A DNA stretch of 64,000 nt from TPA_inf: Saccharomyces (lineage: Eukaryota). How positions within the stretch are numbered: position 1 is the first letter of the stretch; each line of letters starts with the position of its first letter. The stretch is taken from assembly GCA_000146045.2 (NCBI GenBank), contig BK006936.2, forward strand, positions 288,001 through 352,000. Direction: 5' to 3'. Below, one piece after another: positions 56,602 to 64,000 of this stretch. Made by a program: the position numbers and the translations under genes. Below the pieces are notes generated by a model. The model was not told where the DNA came from. It made no database searches and worked only from the letters and a program-made list of their open reading frames with translations.

Positions 56602-59301
56602 TTATTTGTCATTCATCAAGCGCAATAAAATCTCTCTAGGTGTGCAGTATTGCATTTTTACGTTCTTGGAGGCGGCTATCCATTCGGGTCCGTAAGTAGG
56701 CTCACATTGATCGAACATATTGTAGAGATCAACAGTATCCTTGCCTAACCTTGCATATGTCCTAAATAGCCAAACCCATGTATCTCCGTAACGCGAGCAC
56801 TTTTTCAGAGCTCTTTCTAACCATTTTAATGATGTTTCATATTGCGCTTCTGCATAAAAGGATACTCCAATCTCCAAAAGAACGCGATGATCGTTTTGTG
56901 TCCTTCTTAAAGCATCTTGAAAAATTGTTTTTTTTAACGAACTTTTGTTTCCATGCTTAAACAGCTTGATTTGCTCCACCCAAAGTAAAGCATTGCTTGG
57001 AAACTTTTGCAATGCCTGTGTGACGAGTAACTCCGCCTGATCTAAGTTACCAAGTCTTATTTCCATTTGGATTTTAGCAATGTAAAATAATACATCGTCA
57101 GGATTTTTTAACAATCCTCTATCTAAAATTGATCTTGCCCTTACTGGATTTTTTAGATCAATCTCGTCAATCTTTGATAGGGAAACCCATAATAAAGGGC
57201 AATTGGGCACTAACCTTGTACCAGACAAATAGGTTTCTCTACTCATTTCAATATTGCCCATGGAATGATAAATTTGACCCAGCTGTAAAAAAAATTTGTG
57301 GCAGATGGGAAATGATTTCAAACATCTCTCATTCAAGAATTTTATAGCCTCTTCATTCAGATCTTGGTACCGCAGAAAGTTTACGTATTTATAATATAAT
57401 CTTTCCGTGCCACTGATCTTAAAATCCTCTAAAGAGGAGAAAGTTTGCTGAAAAAAATCTCGTAATTCATCAAGTTGTAGTGAACGACCTAATAACTTTA
57501 TCTTGAAAAAGCGTAAATCCAAATTATGCGGGGCGAAATCTATAATCTGGTCAATCAAAACTAGTGTTTGCCTAGTATCCCCTTTTTGGGCCTTCCAATA
57601 TTCGCTTACATACATCATTAACAAGCCAGGGCTTTTCTCCCTCATATTTGCTCGTATATCATCACTATTCTTGGTCTGAAATAGCAGCTCCTGGAAAAAT
57701 GCTAATAACTCTTCAATTTTATGGTAGCTTTCAGTGGCCATTTTCAGTCTAGACCAAAGAACTGTATCACAAGGATCCCACTGAATAAGCTTTTTTAAGA
57801 CAGCAATTTGTACCTTTGAGTGTGGCATTTTTTCTAATATCTGATCAACATTATTCAACTCAGACTCATACTCGCCACTTTCTCTTAACCATTCTAATAT
57901 AGCGTAAACGATGGCTTGACAGGTTAAATTTGAATTGGGCGCATCATTTAGAGCCTCTGCACGTTTCAACCATGCTGACAAGGTCGCTTTGTACCCATTT
58001 TTAGAGAGTTCCAATAAACCCTCCTTGAGCAAACTAACTAGTTTATCTACAGGTATATCTGGGTTATTTCGTTCTTCCAAGAGTGTAGAGATAATCCAAA
58101 TTTCCGGTTCTTGCGGAAGGATTTTTCTGAAGGAATTCAAAGTCATTTTAGCATTATGATAGCTTTGCAAATTAGTATATGCAGTCAAGAGATCCATACT
58201 TTGTGGAATAAATTGTGTGGCTTTCTCTAACATTTTTATAACTTGCGCTTTGTCAGCTTCAAAACTGACAGCTAGCTTCCATAGGCCCTCATCTCGAGGA
58301 ATCTCTTGCAGTGCTTTTCTCACTACTCTATATTTGTTAACCGTTGTGCTTTCCAAATCAATAGCTTTGAACCAAAGAAGCGGAGACGTTGGATTAAAAT
58401 TTATTGCCGTTGCCACTAATGTTTTACAGTAGTGAACATCAGATTCGTGTAGTCTAATGTTTTCTAGCCAAATATCGGAGCTTCGAGGGCACTCTTGGCA
58501 ACCATTTTCTATTATTTTTTTTGCTACTGAAAATTTTCTTGCCTTTTCTTCTAATCTGGCAGAAGCTATCCAACCCTGTGGATTTGTTGGATCGGCCTTT
58601 CTGTATGACTTTAAAATTGTGCGCATTTTCTGTAAATCTTCTAACGTTGCGTCTGAGAGAGAATTTACTCTATCGTTTTCTAAGTCCTTTAAGTAACTTA
58701 GGGCATCGGTAGCAGCGTTCGGTTTATTAACCTGTATAGGGTTACTTGCATTCTTCGTTAATTGTGCAAGATTCTCATCTATTTGAGATTGCAATAATTT
58801 TTCTCGTTCTTCCGTTAATTTATTTAAATCAACATTCCCAGGTATTAGCGAATCCGGTGCAGCATAAGTTTTTCTGTTTAATTGCTCTTGAATTCTATTT
58901 CTCTTGTTTCTTCTTGTAAAATCTGTGGCATCCGGAATATCCATCCACTCACTCTCCGTTACAGCAGCTAATGATTCTTTCAAATCGGCAAATTGCCGTT
59001 TCACGTTTGAAGAATCAACTGAATTGTCATCATCCTTTTCATTAGCTCTTTTCTTTTTCTTTTGTGCTAATTTCAATTCAAGCGTTTTGAATACATTTGC
59101 AGCTTCATCATCTTCATCATCTTTCGGTTGGCTTTGAAGATGGTTGTTCAAATTTTCACGGTACCTTTTCGGTATTCTTCTTCCTTTGTCATCATTACTA
59201 ACCACTTGCTTTTCTTTTGTTGAAAATCCAGTGGCTCCACGACCAATACCTGGTACGTAACCTGCAGGTGGTTCTTGATCCAAAAAAGATGGCCTCTCCA
59301 T
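56602..59301 (-). CDS. PRP6: U4/U6.U5 tri-snRNP protein with HAT/TPR repeats (PRP6, YBR055C)
   Basis: 899-aa ORF with a PRP1 N-terminal domain followed by repeated HAT (half-a-TPR) motifs. Confidence 0.9.
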   Translation of the reverse strand: MERPSFLDQEPPAGYVPGIGRGATGFSTKEKQVVSNDDKGRRIPKRYRENLNNHLQSQPKDDEDDEAANVFKTLELKLAQKKKKRANEKDDDNSVDSSNVKRQFADLKESLAAVTESEWMDIPDATDFTRRNKRNRIQEQLNRKTYAAPDSLIPGNVDLNKLTEEREKLLQSQIDENLAQLTKNASNPIQVNKPNAATDALSYLKDLENDRVNSLSDATLEDLQKMRTILKSYRKADPTNPQGWIASARLEEKARKFSVAKKIIENGCQECPRSSDIWLENIRLHESDVHYCKTLVATAINFNPTSPLLWFKAIDLESTTVNKYRVVRKALQEIPRDEGLWKLAVSFEADKAQVIKMLEKATQFIPQSMDLLTAYTNLQSYHNAKMTLNSFRKILPQEPEIWIISTLLEERNNPDIPVDKLVSLLKEGLLELSKNGYKATLSAWLKRAEALNDAPNSNLTCQAIVYAILEWLRESGEYESELNNVDQILEKMPHSKVQIAVLKKLIQWDPCDTVLWSRLKMATESYHKIEELLAFFQELLFQTKNSDDIRANMREKSPGLLMMYVSEYWKAQKGDTRQTLVLIDQIIDFAPHNLDLRFFKIKLLGRSLQLDELRDFFQQTFSSLEDFKISGTERLYYKYVNFLRYQDLNEEAIKFLNERCLKSFPICHKFFLQLGQIYHSMGNIEMSRETYLSGTRLVPNCPLLWVSLSKIDEIDLKNPVRARSILDRGLLKNPDDVLFYIAKIQMEIRLGNLDQAELLVTQALQKFPSNALLWVEQIKLFKHGNKSSLKKTIFQDALRRTQNDHRVLLEIGVSFYAEAQYETSLKWLERALKKCSRYGDTWVWLFRTYARLGKDTVDLYNMFDQCEPTYGPEWIAASKNVKMQYCTPREILLRLMNDK

Positions 59302-59602
59302 AAAATGTGACGTTTTCTTGCTGTTAAACTCTTTATGTCAACTCACCCGTATATTTTCTGAAATTTTTCGTTTTTTTTTGCTTAATAGAACAATCTGACA
59401 CACTATAAATGTACTGGTTAAATTAGCCCAAGGTTCTATCAACGGTAAAGAAGACTTTTAAAAATACTTTCGTTACATTATTTATTAAAAGAAGAAACGC
59501 CATCATTTCATAAAGGTCTCCGGAGGAGCTACTAAAGAAAGAGTGCTGCAATTAATACAATTAATATAAGTGTGGTTATTGAAAATAACTATTCATTTAT
59601 AC

Positions 59603-59686
59603 GGAGGGTTGGCCGAGTGGTCTAAGGCGGCAGACTTAAGATCTGTTGGACGGTTGTCCGCGCGAGTTCGAACCTCGCATCCTTCA
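59603..59686 (+). tRNA. tL(UAA): tRNA-Leu (anticodon UAA), intron-less with a long variable arm
   Basis: GGAGGGTTGGCCGAGTGGTCTAAGGCGGCAGACTTAAGATCTGTTGGACGGTTGTCCGCGCGAGTTCGAACCTCGCATCCTTCA. The anticodon loop is CTTAAGA, giving TAA. Confidence 0.9.
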
Positions 59687-59878
59687 GTAATATTTTTTTA
59701 ATATACATTTTCTCTGCCATCATGGCTTAAAAAATGCTTAAAAGAAGGGAATTAGGGGGGATGGATGAACTAAGACATAACTTTCTTTTCTTCAATTCGA
59801 ACTCTGTTGGGAAGAGTTGCTTTAAAAAAGACTCTCTATCCATCTATAAAATTTATTAAAACTTTTGAACTGCACAGA

Positions 59879-61384
59879 ATGATTGGCTCACTTAGAAACA
59901 AATTTGAGCATTTCAAAGTTTCTGAAAAGGGAGGTCAAAATTTATCTACAACACTACCGAAACTACCCCCTGCAAAGGACCTTGATAGATCAACTATCTA
60001 CAAGTACCGTTACAATTATGGTGTAAACTTGGGTGCGTTATTTGTGCTCGAACCATGGATTTTTTCTAAAGAAACCATTTGTACAATCGATGGGAAAGAA
60101 TATGATAGCGAATTTGATGCTATTTCCCAACAATTGAAGAAGCATTCTTCTGAAGACGTTGCGAAAATGTTAAGCGATCACTATAAAAAGTACATTGATC
60201 GAATTGACTGGGAATGGCTATCTAAAGATGCCCATATTACAGCGTTACGTATTCCAATTGGATATTGGCATGTCGAAGATGGGAAGCATTTAGATTCGCT
60301 TCCATTTGCCCCATTGAGAAAAGTTTATGAGTTAGCCAAACCTTGGGAAAAACTTGGCGAATTAATCAATAATGCCAAGAAAATGAGCATTGGTGTATTG
60401 ATAGATTTGCATGGTCTACCAGGAGGCGCTAATTGCGACTCACACAGTGGCTCGAAGAGTGGTGAAGCTGCGTTTTTCCACAAGGAAAAGTACATGACCA
60501 AAGTCTACAAAGATATTTTACCTGCAATTATTAACACAATGACTCTGGGCAACGAAAACATCATTGGTATTCAAGTGGTTAATGAGGCATGTTTTGATAA
60601 TAACCCAAAGGGCCAAAAATTCTATTATTCAGAAGCCATTAATACCGTTGAAAAACTTCAACCAGGTTTACCTGTCATAATATCCGATGGTTGGTGGCCC
60701 CAACAATGGGCAGACTGGGTTAAAGAAAAACATTTTAGTGAAATAGTGGTCATTGATTCTCATGTCTACCGCTGTTTTTCTGATTCTGATAAGTCGAAGG
60801 ATGCCAATTCCATTATCAAGGATTTGCCAAATACTGTGAATTTTCCTCATGAAGATGCCGATTATACTGTTGGTGAATTTTCTGGTGTTCTTGATGGACA
60901 AACTTGGAATAAAACTTCTGGCGACAGAGACGCTATTGTTCAAAAATACGTACAAACCCAAGCAGATGTATTTTCTCATGTAGCTAGTTGGGGTTGGTTT
61001 TTTTGGACTTTGCAGTTTGAATACGGTGATGGAGGTGAATGGGGCTTAGCTCCCATGATGCAGAAAGGAAATTTACCAAAACGTCCTCACGGTGATGACT
61101 TACAAGTCGACAAGAAGAAAATAGATTCAATAATCCATGAACACGAGGCTTATTGGAACGGTAAAGGTAAAAATTTTGAACACTGGAGGTTTGAGGATGG
61201 CATAAAGACAGCTGTTGATGATATAATTGCCTTTAGGAAATTTGACAATTCATTAATTGGTAGATGGCATTCATGGAAGTCGCAAAGAAGAGCTGAATAC
61301 GTTTCTGCCAAAAAAGATAGCGAATTTATGTGGGAATGGGATCAAGGCTACCAACGTGGGTTAGATGAGTTTAATAAGTATTAA
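59879..61384 (+). CDS. YBR056W: Putative GH5-family glycoside hydrolase, exo-1,3-beta-glucanase-like (YBR056W). The ORF starts at 59807; the probable start is the ATG at 59879, giving 501 aa.
   Basis: Cellulase/GH5-like catalytic region ('NEP'-type motif 'VVNEACFDN') and synteny. Confidence 0.75.
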   Translation: MIGSLRNKFEHFKVSEKGGQNLSTTLPKLPPAKDLDRSTIYKYRYNYGVNLGALFVLEPWIFSKETICTIDGKEYDSEFDAISQQLKKHSSEDVAKMLSDHYKKYIDRIDWEWLSKDAHITALRIPIGYWHVEDGKHLDSLPFAPLRKVYELAKPWEKLGELINNAKKMSIGVLIDLHGLPGGANCDSHSGSKSGEAAFFHKEKYMTKVYKDILPAIINTMTLGNENIIGIQVVNEACFDNNPKGQKFYYSEAINTVEKLQPGLPVIISDGWWPQQWADWVKEKHFSEIVVIDSHVYRCFSDSDKSKDANSIIKDLPNTVNFPHEDADYTVGEFSGVLDGQTWNKTSGDRDAIVQKYVQTQADVFSHVASWGWFFWTLQFEYGDGGEWGLAPMMQKGNLPKRPHGDDLQVDKKKIDSIIHEHEAYWNGKGKNFEHWRFEDGIKTAVDDIIAFRKFDNSLIGRWHSWKSQRRAEYVSAKKDSEFMWEWDQGYQRGLDEFNKY

Positions 61385-62458
61385 GAAATATACAAACACA
61401 TATATACTAACTATAGGCGTTTCTATTCTTTTGGTTTACTGTCGAAAATAAAAAAAAAGCTGTTGTGGCGGCACTTCGTAAGTTTTCAATTATCCAGCTA
61501 CTGCCAGTAGAGTACTCAATACTTTTACTTTCAGCTGAAATGAGGTTTTTCTTTAAATGAAGTTGATACGCAATATCATAAAAGCACCGGAATAATGGTA
61601 ATCAAGATGAAGCGCTATGATATTTTTAGTATTTGCCATCTTCAAATCATTCTATTTTACCCAATAGAACATTCAAGTAAGGTGAACTATTTAAATTAAA
61701 AACTCAAGTAACATGGGCGATCTTTAAGCATTTGAGAGTTATTAAAAATTTCCGAATAGAGCAATAATGGAGGAAATTAAGTAAAAACTTTGAGCCAAAA
61801 TAAATAATATTACAAAGCAAGCCAGAGTCTCTTTTTAATCAGAGGAAAGATGAGTTGATAAGCGTATAAGCTACTCTGCTGTGAATGTTTGAATCAACCT
61901 CCCAAAAGATGTATTGGAGGTATTAAGCTGCCTTGAAGTTGGGATTTGGCAGGGTTATAAAAAAGGCGTCATTGGCTAAACATGCAGCCACACATATTGT
62001 TGTTTCATAGCCATAAACTTTGATATAATGACCGAAAATTGTTTTTGCGTTGTTCCATAAGCCCAGCTGCCCGTTGGGTATTTTGAACTTTTGTCGCCAG
62101 GTATCGGCCGTTCCTAATATTATAGTAGCTTATACCATCAAGAAAGACACTACATCTAACTACTCAAACAAAAGTAACCCCACGGTTATGTTCACCGAGT
62201 TGCGTACGGTTAACATGTATTATATGGCAGCGCAAAAAGCGATGGCTGTGACAGATGATGAAGTCATCCATCGGTAATTGTCCATCTTAGGTAACAATTG
62301 CGAGGCAAGTAACACAGACTCTCGAGTACTTGTTTTTCAGGGTGTGAGAAGAGCCGTTGTTTACTTAGTGATAATTCACGCTATTTTGTTGAGCAAGTCA
62401 TTAAACAATCTACTACCTGTAGCTCGTGAGTGGAATATCAAGGTGATATACACTTTTG

Positions 62459-62760
62459 TGTTCTAATGAAATTCAAATACTAATATTGACGAGTTTTCAT
62501 ATTACTAGTATATTATCATATAAGGTGTAAGAGAATGACATAAAGATTGAAAAAAAGTCAACGGATGTAATGGAAGCTGGATGACAACTTCTACAATGAA
62601 AGGAGAATAATAATGCTATAATGTCGAAATAGCAACTCTCTTTGTGAATTCTTCGCGTGGAGTAATTCTAGTGTCTTTTGTATTCACAATATTATAGCGT
62701 TTGAAAAACGATGTACTTCCAACAATTATTCCAAAATTCATCTATTTCTCAATGGTAATT
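62459..62760 (+). mobile_element. Diverged delta-family (Ty1/Ty2-like) solo LTR about 65 bp upstream of tRNA-Gln
   Basis: It starts TGTTCTAATGAAATTCAAATAC (compare TGTTGGAATAGAAATCAACTATC) and has internal 'TATTATCATATAAGGTGTAAGAGAATGACATAAAGATTGAAAAA...GGAAGCTGGATGA'. It ends ...CATCTATTTCTCA. Confidence 0.6.
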
Positions 62761-62826
62761 CCTATTGATCAATTATTTTTCAAACCACTCAATTTAAAAA
62801 ATTGTCAGAAATACCATCAATAAAAG

Positions 62827-62898
62827 GGTTTTATAGTGTAGTGGTTATCACTTTCGGTTTTGATCCGGACAACCCCGGTTCGAATCCGGGTAAGACCT
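62827..62898 (+). tRNA. tQ(UUG): tRNA-Gln (anticodon UUG)
   Basis: GGTTTTATAGTGTAGTGGTTATCACTTTCGGTTTTGATCCGGACAACCCCGGTTCGAATCCGGGTAAGACCT. The anticodon loop is TTTTGAT. Confidence 0.92.
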
Positions 62899-63254
62899 TA
62901 TTTTTATATATTTTTTCATGAATTATCGGACACTCTTAGAATGGAGATCTCGCAGATATGGGGCTGAGCCGTGCTGCATCAGTTAAGAAAGAAATAAGCC
63001 ACCTCGATGCTGTGGTGAATAATTTACGGGAAATTTCTTGGCGTTTCTGTAAGTGACATGATCCGTTATAGTGCCGCAAAGCCAAAAATGTCTTATTTTT
63101 AGGTTAGCATCTTTTCAGCCTCGAAAAATGCTTGTTCAGCAATAATATATAAAAGTATCAGTAAAACAACACTTTTTGTTAGATGAACAATTGATTTTGT
63201 CTAGGTCCTTGTACTTTGAGAAATATCATCAAAAAAAAAAAGTGCGACATCACA

Positions 63255-63455
63255 ATGAGACATCAATACTATCAACCACAACCGATGTATTATCAACCAC
63301 AACCGCAACCTATATACATACAACAAGGGCCGCCGCCACCAAGAAATGATTGTTGTTGTTGTTGTAACTGTGGCGATTGCTGTTCAGCAATTGCGAACGT
63401 TTTATGTTGTCTGTGTCTAATTGATCTATGTTGTAGCTGCGCTGGCGGCATGTAA
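63255..63455 (+). CDS. MNC1: Small Cys-rich tail-anchored CYSTM-module protein (YBR056W-A, MNC1). The track ORF starts at 63216; the probable start is the ATG at 63255, giving 66 aa.
   Basis: 'MRHQYYQPQPMYYQPQPQPIYIQQGPPPPRNDCCCCCNCGDCCSAIANVLCCLCLIDLCCSCAGGM' has a Pro/Gln/Tyr-rich N-terminus and a Cys-rich C-terminal CYSTM region. Confidence 0.8.
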   Translation: MRHQYYQPQPMYYQPQPQPIYIQQGPPPPRNDCCCCCNCGDCCSAIANVLCCLCLIDLCCSCAGGM

Positions 63456-63489
63456 GCTGTGGTTTGCCTTGTAAGCTGTGGTTTGCCTT
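63452..63489. repeat. Perfect 19-bp direct tandem duplication (GTAAGCTGTGGTTTGCCTT x2) starting within the MNC1 stop codon
   Basis: Seen directly: tGTAAGCTGTGGTTTGCCTTGTAAGCTGTGGTTTGCCTTgtatc. Confidence 0.9.
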
Positions 63490-64000
63490 GTATCATCATG
63501 AACGCTTTTCTTCGTGGAGTAGTCTTCCTATATTGTTTCCGGTGGTTACCATCAAGATAATTTACACACACAAAATTTTCCGCTGTACGTTTGCGAGTGG
63601 CATAACGAATAATATGTATCCTATCATTTCAATGAATCACAGCTGAGCACATTTGAATTTTATTGTTAAATGGAATGCCGTTAAATGTATTATGTAATAT
63701 CCATAAAAGTTCACACTGATTGTTCACTTTTATGAACCTCTAGGATTAAAAGTACGTCTTTGTTAATGAAGCCAGCAAAAAATGGAGAACATCAGGAACA
63801 AAGCGGCATAGCTTTGATCTTGCCTTGATGCTTCTAAAAAAATATATACGTTTGTAAGTATATACTCCAATTTTCAATAGTATTTTAATGAATAATTTTT
63901 ATAAATAGAGGTAAGAGATTAGACACGTTATCTGGAGGTAATAACTAAGTAAATAAATAACAGCTACGTTGCTCTTTTTGGAAAAAGCATAAAACTCAGC

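Noticed and set aside
62884-62891. CCGGGTAA Reb1-consensus match
   Set aside because: It lies inside the T-arm/acceptor stem of tRNA-Gln. The sequence is dictated by tRNA structure, not a promoter element.

Overview
This window is Saccharomyces cerevisiae nuclear DNA. The identification rests on ORF translations I recognise, a spliceosomal intron with a TACTAAC branch point, intron-less tRNA genes without encoded CCA, Ty LTRs next to tRNA genes, and poly(dA:dT) promoter tracts. From memory it is collinear with the right arm of chromosome II from about YBR024W (SCO2) to YBR056W-A/YBR056C-B, roughly chrII:288,001-352,000 in S288C. That recall needs confirming by BLAST.

Gene order as I read it:
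- SCO2 (+), OLA1 (-), ETR1 (-), YPK3 (-), CDS1 (-), RKM3 (+), RPL4A (+), EDS1 (+), HMT1 (-), PDX3 (-)
- TLC1 telomerase RNA (+)
- CSG2 (-), SCO1 (-), CHS2 (+), ATP3 (+), FIG1 (+), FAT1 (+), CST26 (-), QDR3 (-), TCM62 (-)
- tRNA-Val(UAC) (-), followed by two delta-type LTR remnants
- GIP1 (-), ZTA1 (-), FMP23 (+), RPS11B (+, one intron), REB1 (-), REG2 (-), RFS1 (-), YBR053C (-), YRO2 (+), PRP6 (-)
- tRNA-Leu(UAA) (+), YBR056W (+)
- a diverged LTR, tRNA-Gln(UUG) (+), and the Cys-rich CYSTM gene YBR056W-A/MNC1 (+)

The most important feature that an ORF track cannot show is the ~1.3 kb telomerase RNA gene TLC1, in the ORF-free gap between PDX3 and CSG2. It is recognisable by its CACCACACCCACACAC template and a downstream AAUUUUUGG Sm site.

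I found no evidence of a new or undescribed genetic system. The region is ordinary, densely annotated yeast chromosome. The remaining observations are regulatory motifs, simple repeats, LTR relics and start-codon ambiguities. Every gene assignment rests on my recall of protein families and motifs and should be confirmed by database search.
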